From: the human T2T-CHM13v2.0 reference genome, Homo sapiens
Direction: 5' to 3' (one strand)
Assembly: GCF_009914755.1 (NCBI RefSeq)
Contig: NC_060943.1
Length of the DNA stretch: 64,000 bases
A program made the position numbers and the translations under genes. Position 1 is the first letter of the stretch. Every line of letters starts with the position of its first letter. The notes beneath the pieces are model-generated. The model did not search any database, had not been told where the DNA came from, and worked only from the letters and a program-made list of their open reading frames with translations. This document shows positions 1 to 11,974 of the stretch, in pieces.

Positions 1-49
1 GCCTCCCAGGAGCTCTGTAGGAAACTGGAAAGGGAGTGGTTGGAAACAC

Positions 50-245
50 AGTCTCTGCAGTCGGAGCTGGAACAAGTCACTGAATCCCTCTGTGTCTCCA
101 CTTCCTTGTTTTATCTCAAGGATGATAATACTAGCATATATCTCCCAGGGTGGTTGTGAAGGTTCAATAAGGTGCATATGCAATATGCTTAGCACCAAAA
201 CTGGCTCGTAATTACATGCACAATAAATGCTAGCTTTCATTAATG
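50..245 (+). mobile_element. MIR SINE (degraded)
   Basis: Matches MIR core and 3' end: acaagtcactgaatccctctgtgtctc...gggtggttgtgaaggttcaataag...caataaatgctagct. Confidence 0.75.
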
Positions 246-979
246 CTGTCTGTCACGTGTGAGATAAAGCTACTGGTCCCAGGAGGCCTCTACTCCTGCT
301 AGGATGCAGTTCCCTTGGGCAAATGGTACTCCCAGGGCTGGTGCGCAGCGCCTCTGAGCAGCTGACAGCCAAGATTAGATGAGTTAAGACTGTGTCTCCT
401 ACCTCCATTTGCAAAATCCTCTATAAAAAGGTAGAGTAGGTAAGGTGGAAGGAGAGAGTGAGTCACCCTTCCTGGAGCACAAGCCAGCGGCGCCCTGACC
501 CCCACCTGTGCTGTGTCCCATCAAGCTCCCGTAAGAGGCCTGTGTACATCCTGCTGTCTTTCCCCAGCACAGCCTGCTTTGCACCTCCTCCAAGATCCTG
601 CTATATGGAGGTGATTTGGGAGGAAGACAGGACCATGGGTTTCCCTGACCTGCCTATTTCTTTGTCCTAAATAGTGTTACCGAGCCCCAGGTCTTCAGGC
701 ATAAAGGGACCTCTCAGGCTGGGACAACACAGTGCATCTTAGAGGGAGCCACCATGAACTCTGGAACCTTGGTGCCACGTGACATCCAAGGACATTTGTG
801 TAACTCAGCAGAGTAAATGAGGACAAGGAGGACTAAATTGCTATCTGAGATCGCCTTTCCCATCAGCAAGATGGTGGAACTGGGGTTCTCAGTGTCCAGT
901 TTAAGTTGATTTAAAGAAACTTGAGAATTGTAATATGTATTGCATGCTGCAATCATGAACTATCGCTCATACCTGCTGC

Positions 980-1670
980 ACATCTAGCCCCCCTCCCTTC
1001 CTCCGCTGCCACTTTTGGTCCAGCATGAAAAGACCTCCTAGCTGGTCTCCCCACATCCTCTTGTTCTCCTTCTGCCTACTCTGCACATGGCAGCCACAAT
1101 GACATTTGTAAAATGGATATCTGGTCATGCTTCTCCTTTGCTAAGACCCTAGGAGGACCACCACTGCTGCTCAGCAACCCACCCCCCACTGGCTCTCAGC
1201 CACCCACTCCACCCCATCCTCTTTGGCGCCAGGCTCCAGCTGTCTCCATCATTGCCAGCTTTCACTGAGCTCTCACAGTAGGCCTGAAGCTCTTCCACTT
1301 ATTGTATGACCTCATTTAGTCTCAACTCCTTGGGAGATATCTTCACAGAGGCACAGTGAAGTTAAATTATTTGGCTAGGATTGCCAAGCCAGGGCCCCAA
1401 ACCTAGTCCCAGCCCATCTCTTCTATCTTAATAAATATCATCAGCTGCCCAGCATGTCATGCCAGATGCCCAGGAGCCACCTTCCATCCTCTTCCTCCAT
1501 CACCCCCTATATTTACTGCAGCAGCAAGGCCTGTGGATTTTCATTCACCTGCCTCCCGTGCACACATTTGTCCCTTCCACTGCCGTCTCGCTGGTCCAGT
1601 CACCACCATCCCTCACTGGAACAACTCCAGCAGCCTCCTCGCTGGATGGCCTGCTCTAATCATGCCCTCT
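980..1670 (+). mobile_element. L2 LINE fragments (about 980-1170 and 1440-1670) with an intervening minus-strand MIR remnant (about 1280-1415)
   Basis: L2-type phrases: cacatggcagccacaatgacatttgtaaaatggatatctggtcatg; cagcagcctcctcgctggatggcctgctct. Confidence 0.55.
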
Positions 1671-1758
1671 GTTTGTTTCTCTTCCTCTCTCCTTTCCTCC
1701 CTCCTTTCCTTCTTTGCTCTCTTCCTCTCTCCTTCCATCCTTTCTCCTTTTTCTTTCC

Positions 1759-1998
<240 letters not shown>

Positions 1999-2067
1999 TC
2001 TTTCCTTTTATTTTATTTTATATTTTATTTTGCTTTCCTTTTATTTTGAAATGTAGGTTTTCTTTCT

Positions 2068-2588
2068 ATTGAGGTATGATGGATTGAGCAGAGCAGGAGA
2101 CACTTGCTATTAAAGAGAGAGCTTGTTACGCACAGTTCCCAAGAGGAGGAGACACCATGCCATGAGGGGGCCACAGGGGGAAGAGGGAGGGAGGGGAAAG
2201 GGTGGACAAGAGCCTTTATGTGATTTCCATGGGAAGAAACAGACGAGGCAAACATGTAGGCTTAGGATCCACTAGTTTGTCCAATTTCAGCAGCCCCAGC
2301 ATGCAGAGGCTGTCACTAGTTGTCTGATACCTGGCCCCGGGGTGATTAGGGCAAGGCCTGGCGTGATTGGTGGCTAAAAGTGAAAGAACCTACGAGAGCC
2401 CAGGAAAGGAAGTGGTCGGGGTGTGGGCTCTGGATTGATTGGTTTGTCGACCAAAGGGGAACTCGCAGGGGAGTTGCTTATTTTCTCTAGGAACTGCCTG
2501 TCCCTGGGAGGGGCAGTCCCTCCAGGGTGAAGTCCCCAGCATCTCAAAACATCAGAAATACAGAAAATAAAAAGGCATGGTTAGTATT
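2068..2588 (-). mobile_element. ERVL solo LTR, MER54-like
   Basis: Recalled MER54 motifs: cacagttcccaagaggag, gtctgatacctggccccggggtgattagggca, ctgggaggggcagtccctccagggt, catcagaaatacagaaaataaaaaggcatg. Confidence 0.65.
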
Positions 2589-2633
2589 CTTTCCTTCCTT
2601 CTTTCCTTCCTTCCTTCCTTTCTTCCTTCCTTC
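2589..2633. repeat. (TTCC)n microsatellite
   Basis: Direct reading. Confidence 0.9.
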
Positions 2634-2914
2634 GGAGAATCTCTAAAGGAAATAGCATACCCTAAATACAGTTGAAACCCCCTTCCCCTACAAAAATCAT
2701 ACATATGATTACATATGCATAATCTCTAAGTTAGATATGATATCTATGCATTTCTATAAATTTTCTAAAGGTATTTTGTCTCTTTGCCTTATGTGCCCCC
2801 TTCCCCTACAGCACTTCTCTCATTCTCCATCAAATGCCTGAATGTTTCTAAACTTTGCATGAATTATATCTTGAGTATATGATGTGTGTGTGTTTGTGCA
2901 TGTGTATGAAGAGA

Positions 2915-3330
2915 AAGTTTCCAAGATACATTCAAGAAGAGTAACAAAAGGCAAAAATAGACAGAATTCGATGTGAAAGTGCCTCCTAAAGAAACAAGCA
3001 GCATGAACAAGAATAAACCTATCCCCTACACCTCACAGTCAACCGCAGGGCGCCACGGACAGGGAGAAACACAGGAAAGGCCATCGGAAGGGAAACGACC
3101 AACCACCAAGGGGTGCCCATTGACTGGGTGGAGAACAGACTTCCCAACCATAAGCGGCGCAATAATATCTTCAGAGGCCAAAATAAAATGAAAAGCCAAC
3201 TTGGAACTCTATGGCCAATTAAGCTTTTCGGACATAAAAAGTTTACTACCCACATATCCTTGCTCTAAAAAAAGAAAAATCTGTGACAAGAAACAACTCA
3301 AAATACACACATACATGAACCAAAGGGAAG
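2915..3330 (+). mobile_element. Ancient L1/HAL1 ORF1 3'-region remnant
   Basis: acagacttcccaacc...aataatatcttcaga...ccaacttggaactctatggcca...aagtttactacccacat resembles the L1 ORF1 C-terminal coding region; heavily decayed. Confidence 0.45.
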
Positions 3331-4156
3331 GAGGGGAAAGGAAAGACAACAATTGATAGACTATGTTTTATTTATCATGGACAGTTTCAGAAAAAAATCT
3401 ATTTTCCCTAAATTACGGAGGATGGAACTAAAACAGAGAAAAAAGGAAGGGTGTTCCCTGAAGGGTTAAAGCATATTAGGGTCTTACCTTAAGACCCTAA
3501 GAAAAGGAAACAAACACACGAAATACCTTTAACAAATTTATAGAACTGCATATATTATACCTAATTTGGAGATTATACATTTATAATCATATATACGATT
3601 AAAAATCTAGGAGTACAAACACGCTTTGTCGTTGCTCTTACAAAACCTGAGATCACAGCAAACATTGTTCTTCAACTTAACTTTTTCCCTTGGTACATGT
3701 TGTCATCTCTCCAGCTCCGTGTTCTGGCGCTTACACACCAGTCCTTTGTTGAAGAACAGGTGATTCTGTTCCAATTTGCACTACTGCAAACCATGTTTTA
3801 GAGAAAGTCCTTGTATGCATAGTTTACACATTTTAGAGACCCAGATTAGAACCACGTTCACAGCAAGGTTTGCTCAAGGAACAACGAATAGCTGATAAGC
3901 ATATCTGCATAAAACTCAAGAGGTTCTACATAAGATTCAGACTGCCACCTGCCCTGGGAAAGCTGCAATGTGCTCAGTAGCACCTCAGCCCTGGCATTCC
4001 CCAAGCACCACCAGCAGCGGGCTGACAAGAGCTGTCTTGGAGCAGGACCTGCACACTCTGGTCTGCCTCAAGCTATTTCTTCACTGATTTCTCACTGGCC
4101 AGACCCAGCAGGCTTCTAAGTGTGTCAATGCCTTGAGGTTGATTACATTCATAACT

Positions 4157-4449
4157 ATTTTTTTATTTCTTTTTAAATTCTTTTTTAAGAGAGTCTTACT
4201 TTGTTCCCCAGGCTGGAGTGCTCACTCCAACTTCTGCCTCACAGGTTCAAGCGATTCTCGTGCCTGAGCAACTCAAGTAGCTGGGATTACAGGTGCAGGC
4301 CACCATGCCCAGCTAATTTTTATATTTTTAGTAGAGACAGGGTTGCGCTATATTGGCCAGGCTGGTCTCAAACTCCTGACCTCAGGTGATCTGCCCACTT
4401 CAGCCTCCCAAAGTGCTAGGATTATAGGTGTGAGCCACCGTGCCCGACC
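4157..4449 (-). mobile_element. AluSx-like SINE with a small right-arm deletion, inserted in the A-tail of the adjacent L1
   Basis: Dimeric Alu with cctgacctcaggtgatc; the cagtgg...ttgg segment is missing. Confidence 0.92.
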
Positions 4450-4735
4450 CTTTTAAAACTTTTGTAGATTCACGGGATACACATGCAGATTTGTTACATG
4501 GATATATTGCACAAGGGTGAGGTTTGTGCTTCTAGTGTGCTTTGACATCACTCAAATAGTGAACGTTGTACCCAGTAGGTAATTTCAACCATCACCCCTC
4601 CCACCTCGGCTTTTGGAGTCTCCAGAGTCTATTATTCCCTTTGTGTGTCCATGTGTACCCATTGATTAGCTCCTGCAGATAAGTGAGAACATGCGGTGTT
4701 TGGTTTTCTGTTTCTGAGTTACTTCACTTGGGATT
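4450..4735 (-). mobile_element. L1PB4-like 3' end
   Basis: gttacatggatatattgc...gcttctagtgt...ttttggagtctccag...ataagtgagaacatgcgg...ttacttcactt. Confidence 0.8.
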
Positions 4736-5029
4736 TTATTTGAATATTTTCAAGCCTAGCCTTTGGAAGTCGTTACCGTAAAATTGTGTGCTAACTTCCC
4801 TCAGTCTCTCGCTCTCTCTTCTTTGGGAAGGAGCTCTCCAGCTTCTTGGTCTTTGTGAATACCCTCATTCCAGAATGACTTGTGTTCCTTCCTGACCCAG
4901 TCACTATGTCCTGTGGAAGTAGAGGGCCCTACACATTTCCCTCAGGATGAAGAGAACTATTTCACTTTTTTGCAATCACTGAACACTTTTTCAACCTTTT
5001 CTTTGATGGGGAGTCAAATTGTTTAATTA

Positions 5030-5210
5030 TTTGACTAGGTCATGCATTCACCTGGTTAAAATTTATTAGACAAAATTATTATGAAATTATAAAAGTTATT
5101 CAAATAACTTTCTTTCCCCCATTCTTTCTTCCATTCATCTAAGTCCTACTCCCCCGCAGCAAATAAACGCATAGTTATTAGATTCCGGTGTATCCTTCCA
5201 TAGTTTTTTA
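5030..5210 (-). mobile_element. L1ME-like 3' UTR remnant, continuing at about 6130-6410 on the far side of the L1PB
   Basis: ttccggtgtatccttcca...; ttaggttgcttccaggtgtttgctattacaaacattgccacagcaaataaccttg. Confidence 0.55.
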
Positions 5211-5227
5211 AATAATGATTTTCTAAA

Positions 5228-6122
5228 TTTTTAATTACTTTTTATTTCAATAGCTTTAGGGGTACAAGTGGTTTTTGGTCACATGGATGAATTGTACAGT
5301 GGTGAAGCCTGAGATTTTAGTGAACCCATCACCCGAGTAGTGTACATTGTACCCAATAGGTAGTTTTTATCCCTCACCTCCTCCCACCTTTCCCCTCCTC
5401 CATTATACCATTCTGTATCCCTTTGTGTACCTATGACTTGGCTCCCACTTATAAGTGAGAACATGCAGTATTTGGTTTTCCATTCTTGAGTTACTTCACT
5501 GAGAATAATGGCCTCCAGTTCATGTGAGTTGCTGCAAAAGACATTACTTTGTTCTTTTTTATGGCTGAGTAGTATTCCATGGTGTGTATGTACCACGTTT
5601 TCTTTATCTACTCATTAGTCGATGGGCACTTAGGTTGCTTCCATATCTTTCTAATTATGAATTGGGTTGCAATAAACATATGCATGCACGTGTATTTTGA
5701 TATAACGACTTATTTTCCTTTGGGTACATACCCGGTAGTGGGATTGCTGGATTAAATTGTAGATCTACTTTCAGTTATTTAAGAAATCTCCATACTGTGT
5801 TCCATAGAGGTTGAACTAATTTACATTCCCTCCAGCAGTGTATAAGCATGTCCTTTTTACCACATCCACTCCAACATCTATTGTTTTTTGACTTTTTAGT
5901 AATGACCTTTCTTGCAGGAGTAAGGTAGTATTTCATTGAGGTCTTAATTTGCATTTCCCTGATGATTAGTGATGTTGAGCATTTTTTCACGTTTGTTGGT
6001 CATTTGTACATCTTCTTTTGAGGAACGTCTGATAATTTCATTTGTCCACTTTTTGATGGGATTCTTTGCATTTTTCTTGCTGATTTGTTTGAAGTCCTTG
6101 TAGATTCTAGATATTAACCTCT
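5228..6122 (-). mobile_element. L1PB (L1PB2-like) 3' end, about 0.9 kb, including decayed ORF2 C-terminus
   Basis: 3' UTR ttcaatagctttaggggtacaagtggtttttgg; ORF 5775-5990 (MKKCSTSLIIREMQIKT...CWSGCG...[13 protein letters not shown]) matches the ORF2p cysteine-rich domain. Confidence 0.92.
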
Positions 6123-7240
6123 CGGGGAATTTTTAATACACATACATACAAAAGCAAGATACAATCTTTCCCCTGTCTTTAATTCAAATGGCAGCATGTT
6201 CTATTATTTTCATGTTTACTTAAAATTTACATATTGAAGAATTTCTCATGTGGCTACATGGAGGGCTGTCTCATTCTTTTTCATAAAGTCCTAGAAGATT
6301 CTTGCATGGATGTTCAAATTTATTCAACCCAATCCCACTGACAAACTTTTAGGTTGCTTCCAGGTGTTTGCTATTACAAACATTGCCACAGCAAATAACC
6401 TTGAACATACTGACCAATCTAGACATCTCATCAACCAGCAGACCCTCCTGCAGAATCTAAACCAGCACAAGCTCCCCGTCCTTGTACAATAAATAGACTC
6501 CATCTTCTCTATTGATCATCTGCTTCTCCCCATTCAAAGAAACAACACCATGGAATACCTAGATGCTTGAAGTCTAAGCAACGTGGAGACCTATTGACTT
6601 TTATGTTCTCCAATGACTCCTGCAGATTAAAGAAAGAAAGCTGATTTTATCTCTATCTCTCCCTATGCAGTGTTATAAAATGTGGGTCTAGGAGAGCTTG
6701 GCAAATTAGATGACGGCTTTTTAAAATGTTGGTTATACTTTGAATTATTAGCAGCACGAATATAGCGCAATATGCACATAATTAGCAAGATTTCTGAATT
6801 TATTATATATACTTATTCTTGTTTCTTTTAATTAGCCAGCACTCTACTTGAAGGTAGTATGGTGATTCAAATGATGGTTAAATGTGTCAGATGGTGACAA
6901 AATGCACTAACCCGCCAGAGTGGAAAGAAGAAAAGTCTAGAAATGCCATGAGATCGTTTTCATCCTATTAAATGCATAAAAGTTTCTTCATGTATTGGTC
7001 ATGTTATAACCATGGCACAATCAAAACATGATTTATTGAGTATTTTAATACAGCCTGTTAATGTTATGCAATAAAGTGTATTTTAATATTTAATGTAATC
7101 AGTGAATTTCAAACTTTTTTCAGGAGATCTTGTGGTTTTAAACTAAATTAAATACAGTAGGTGACAAATGAGGTCCCAAGAGCATCCCTAAAGGCTGATT
7201 GGGCCTGTTTAGAGCAACTAGAATTCAAAAGCTGGTTTTG

Positions 7241-7529
7241 GGCCAGGTGCGGTGGTTCAGGCCTGTAATCCAGCACTTTGGGAGGCCGAGGCAGGTGGCT
7301 CACCTGAGGTCAGGAGTTCGAGATTAGACTGACCAACATGATGAAACCCTATCTCTACTAAAATTACAAAATTAGCCAGGCATGGTGGCTCATGCCAGTA
7401 ATCCCAGCTATTCAGGAAACTGAGGCAGGAAAATCACTTGAACTTGGTAGGTGGAGGTTACAGTGAGCCAAGATCATGCCGTTGAACTCCAGCCTGGGCA
7501 TCTCAATAAAAAATAAATAAATAAATAAA
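7241..7529 (+). mobile_element. AluSp/Sq-like SINE
   Basis: ggccaggtgcggtgg start; ctgaccaacatg and tacaaaattagcc diagnostics; (AAAT)n tail; aagctggttttg at 7229-7240 and 7540-7551. Confidence 0.93.
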
Positions 7530-7879
7530 GCTAGGTCAGAAGCTGGTTTTGGTTTTGGTGTTGAGATTGCTGTGGAGTAGGGGGAAATGTGCCATTGCTT
7601 GAGAAGTGAGCTGATAAGGGAAGTTCATCTGCTCACATGGAACAGGCATTCTTGAGGTCAAGGTCATTGGTTAGTTCCTGGATGAATTGTATGACCATGA
7701 TAGTGAGCAGCTATCTTTCTGTAGCCTAGCATGCATTCTTTGTTCTCCTGATAATAGTGTACCCATTTCCTATGAGGTAATTAATGCCTCCATTGGATAG
7801 AGCTTAGTGAGAGTACAGGTGTACTGCTCTCCTCCAGGTGTGAGCATTCAACCCACACCAAGTAAGGAGAGTTCTCCTC

Positions 7880-8215
7880 TATCAGTCTGGTTTGGTTTGG
7901 TAATGCTGCATAACCAGCAACCCCAAATTCTCAGTGTCTTAGTGTAAAGAAGGTTTCTTTCTTTCTTGAGCCCATCCCAAGTCAAAAGAGGGGCTTTGAT
8001 AATTGTAGTTTCTCAACCCAGGTTGATTCAGGCTGCATTTCAGTCCATGCTTTCATGAAGAGGAAGGCAATAAAAAGAAAATTTTGCAGGGTCTTGTCCC
8101 TCAGCATATTGCTCCAGGCTGTCACATGTCACCTTTGCTCTAAATACATTGGCCAGAGGCAACACATACAGCCCCATCCAACCACAAAGAGTCAATAAGT
8201 TCATAGTCACTCAAG
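7880..8215 (-). mobile_element. Old MaLR LTR (MLT1J/K/L-like)
   Basis: gctgcataaccagcaaccccaaattctcagtg...; acattggccagaggcaacacatacagccccatccaaccacaaag. Confidence 0.6.
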
Positions 8216-9864
8216 GGGACAGAAGAGGACAATCTGGACGAAGGCACTGATGTCCCATTGACACATTTCCTTTCTGTATTTTGAATTGTCAGCAGAATGG
8301 TCTTCCAAAAGAATACCTCTCTTTGGAATCCATTTATGCCATGGGAAATACTTGGACCTCCTCCAGAGCATCCTTTGCTATTGAAACTCTCTAATCCCGC
8401 CTTTCCCAACAAACCCTCACATCCTTCCATGTCCTTCCAGTGGGTCCCCTTGCACCTCCATGAGTAAGCAAGATCCAGCCTCCAGTTCTCACAATCAAAG
8501 AGCCCAAGACACTCAGCTGCACTGCCCTGTGACATCAGCCAGGCACTTTGTCAACATGGCTCAGTTTAGTGCTTCCCTGAATTCTGCAACCCTAAGGCTG
8601 GTGCCACAGTCACACAAGAGCTGCATCCACAGAACTAACTGAGAAACGGAGCCCCAGAGACGGCAGGGTTTGCCCATGGGACAGGGATTAGGATCTGTCC
8701 AAATCCCCCATAAACCTCCCGCAAGGCAGAGGGAATATCAGCAGGGAGGGTGAGGTCCCTGCACAGAACCTGCCATGGAAATGGAAGAATACTTGAGCCA
8801 AAAGAGACCTCAGAGAGGATCTTGCCTAATCCTTGCCTGGTGGATGAAGAGGGGAAGACACTTGCCCAAGACCACATGATTGCTTACTTGCAGAATCCCT
8901 AACTCACACCTAGGTGGACGTATCTAAGAGGAAAGTAAAAAACAAGGAAGGTGCACATCTGAGCATACCTGGGTTGCTAAGACTCAGGCTGGGGACCACA
9001 ACAGCCCCTTTCACTCCACTCTGGCTTGAGCTGGTCCTACTTTACCCCTTCCTTTCCCCAGGAAAGAACCTGCAGGCAGCCAAGAAGCTCAGCCTCTGTC
9101 TGAATCTCCCAGGGACCAGCTGCTTTCTGTAGAAGCCCATAGGAATAGTTTAGAAAATTGCCAACTATTATCCATCAGCTCTAGGAATGGGAGGTCAATG
9201 GGAGGTATAACTTGGCAGTTAAACCTCCATTTAAGTCAAAGTTTACAACTTAGTCCCAAGGCACAAGAAGAATCTTCTCCCTCAAGGACTAAAGCTTGAA
9301 TATCAACCAAAAAAAATTTTAGGTTACAGGATGGAAAACTAATTCACATATACACCTGTGCACAAATTTCTACACATCAATCAACAAAAGCAATGCATTA
9401 GTCCTGAATAATCACAAATAATTAAAAATATATATTTTTCTCTGCATCTCCTGAGGCTAAAGCAGTGAGGATCTTCTACTGCAAAATTATCACTCATATT
9501 AACCCTTATGACTGCTTTTGAAAGCATAAATCCCATTTCAGGCCCCTCCACAGGAGGGCAAGCTTCACATAGACCATGACATCTTTTTGGTTTGCCTACA
9601 AATGGACACAATTTTGCAAAGATTTATTTTTATTGTTTGAATTAAGAAAACACTGGGTTTTCTTCCATTTAAGAAACATAGAATTTTGTTATAATGTTAA
9701 ATATGCTTTTAAAAACTTATTCTTCGAGGATTTCTGTGCCTCTCAATTTCAGAAAAAAGAAAAATTCCCGAATGTGTTTGGTGGTAAACCAACTTCCAAA
9801 CGGTGAAGTAAAATAGCCTGAAATTAGGAAAGTTAAAAACGTAAAGTTTTAAGTTAAAAAAAGT

Positions 9865-10865
9865 AATAAAGACTCCATTGAGAAAGTGAAACGAAAATAT
9901 TTGCAAATCATGTATCTAATAGGGGACTCATGTCCAGAATATATAAAGAATTCCTGCAACTCAATAATATTAATAAAAACACAAACAGTCCATTTAAAAA
10001 TGGGAAAAATATTTGAATAGATATTTCTTCAAAGAAGTTTAAATGGCCATAATAAACACAAAAAAGATGCTCTATATAATTCATCATCAGGGAAATAAAA
10101 GACAAAACCACAATGAGAATCCATTTTGCACCCACCAGGATGGCTAAAATTAAAAAGACAGATCATAGCAAGTGTTGGTGAGGATGTGAAGAAGATAGAA
10201 CCCTCATACACTGCCAGTAGGAATGAAAAATGGTACAGCCACTTTGGAAAACAGAAGACCCTCAGAAAGTTAAACATTGATTTAACTTTAAATAAACATA
10301 GAGTTCTTCAAAAAGGGCGTTGATGTGACTTAGCATTTCCACTCTGAGGTATATACCCAAGAGAATTAACAACATGCATCCACAAAAAACATGTATGTGA
10401 ATAGTCACAGCAGCGTCATTCATAATCACCAAAAAGTGGCAAGAACTCAAATGCCCTTCAACTGATGAATGGATGAACAAACTATGGTACATTCGTGTGA
10501 TGGATTCAGCCATAGAAAGGAACAAAGCACGAATATGTATTACAACATAAACGAACTTCAAAAACATTAAGCTAAGTGAAAGAAGGAAGATGCAATAGGC
10601 CACATAGTTTATGATGCAATTTATAGGAAATGTCCAGAATAGGCAAATCCGTAGAGACAGAAAGCAGATGAGTTAGGGAGAACAGAATGATTGCTAGTGG
10701 ATATGGGGTTTCTTTAGGGAATGATTAAATGTTCTGGAATTAAATAGTGGCAATAATGGTGCAACCTTGGAATTATACTAAAACCCATGAACTGTACACT
10801 CTGTAAGAGTTAATTTTGTGGTACATGAATTATTACTCAACAAATCTGCAATTTACAAAAAAATA
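9865..10865 (+). mobile_element. L1MB (L1MB7-like) 3' end, about 1 kb
   Basis: aaaatatttgcaaatcatgtatct...caagtgttggtgaggatgtg...gtccagaataggcaaatccgtagagacagaaagcaga...; A-rich end. Confidence 0.88.
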
Positions 10866-10879
10866 ATTACCTTCAAAAC

Positions 10880-10965
10880 AAGATGAAGAAGAAAAAGGAG
10901 AATAAGGAAAGAAGAAGAGAGGAGAGAAGAAGGAAGAAGAAAAAGAAGAGAAAAGGAAGCAGAAA
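10880..10965. repeat. GA-rich low-complexity polypurine tract
   Basis: Direct reading. Confidence 0.85.
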
Positions 10966-11396
10966 CAATGCTCCTGTTGGTTTGCATTTCAGAGGGAGGT
11001 GCTGATGCCAGCATGTTCCAGCAGGTCTTGCAGAGCTGTAGCCTGAGGCTTCCTGCCCACACCCCACAAAAGTCAGCTTCCTGTGTAGAAGGAGGGTCAA
11101 GAGCTGCCCACTGGGTCTCCTCATGGTTTTGCAATGCTGGCTGACAAGCGCTCCTCTGACCACCCACTCCAGGCAGGACCACTCCACTAGGGGACACTCC
11201 TGCTCCTCGAGAAGAGACCCAGTGGCCACCAGGACAGTGCAGTAACTCTCCAGCCCCTCTCTATGCCCCGCGCAGATCAACGGGCTTTCTTCCAGGGGAG
11301 TTTGCCCATCTCCTCTCCTCCCTTTTATTTGTAAAAATTGCACCTCCTCCGGGAAGCCTTATTACCCCTATCTAACTTATATTAACTCTAAAATTC

Positions 11397-11635
11397 CATG
11401 TTTTCCAACGTGCACTTCTTTAAGTATTCCTCAGAAAAGGCGACCCCGTGTAGGATTGCAAGATAAAACGTAGATGTCCAGGAAAATCTGATTTTTCAGA
11501 TAGACAACTGTGAGTATGAGTATTTTTATTTCCTCGAGGACTTAGAGACATTAGATACCCCTGCAGGGTGCACTGCAAATTCCTGGGGAGGGTTGTGGCC
11601 TGCAGCATTCTCTCGATTTACTGAACCACAAAACT
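11397..11635. mobile_element. MER112-like hAT-Charlie MITE remnant, interrupted by a half MER53 (about 11451-11525)
   Basis: aggacttagagacatt...gtgcactgcaaattcctggggagg...cagcattctctcgatttactgaaccacaaaac matches recalled MER112 interior; taggattgcaagataaaacgtagatgtccagg matches a MER53 terminus. Confidence 0.45.
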
Positions 11636-11807
11636 AGAATTGCTGGATTAGGCAAATAAAAACACAAATAACATTTTGAGTTTCAGGTAAATGATATTTT
11701 ATGTAAGTACACCGCAAATATTGCATGGATATACTTGTACTTCAAGATTATGGTTTATCTGAAATGGAAATTTCACTGGGTGTCTTGAGTTTTAACTGGC
11801 AGCCCTA
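11635..11807. mobile_element. MER53 palindromic MITE, near full length
   Basis: ctagaattgctggattaggcaaataaaaacaca...caaatattgcatgg...tttatctgaaatggaaatttcactgggtgtcttg...ctggcagcccta. Confidence 0.8.
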
Positions 11808-11942
11808 CTGAGGTGGCTTATTCATCATATAGACTCTGGGCATCATTTTCATAAGTGTGCGGTAGAAGCTCAGGAAACTGAATTTGTGAGAAAGGCCTCA
11901 AATAGGCAGGTATGATTTGTCTAAGGGTCATGAAATGGGAGA

Positions 11943-11945
<3 letters not shown>

Positions 11946-11974
<29 letters not shown>
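11946..11974. repeat. (TG)n microsatellite
   Basis: Direct reading. Confidence 0.95.

Noticed and set aside
405-450. TATA-like ctataaaaag with upstream ATTTGCA and a downstream AG/GTAAGG donor-like site
   Set aside because: The donor would lie upstream of the expected start site, and there is no CpG island or downstream exon structure. Such motifs are expected by chance.
5279-5990. ORFs similar to L1 ORF2p (also 60355-60555 and 60811-61095)
   Set aside because: The homology is real, but these are frameshifted, truncated transposon remnants. They are recorded as mobile elements, not CDS.
11184-11240. CTCF-like sequences CCACTAGGGGACAC and TGGCCACCAGG
   Set aside because: Each misses near-invariant positions of the core GGC, so they cannot be supported without ChIP data.
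11715-11750. Possible miR-1302 family member in MER53
   Set aside because: The local sequence differs from the recalled mature miR-1302 at several positions including the 5' seed region, and the arms are decayed.
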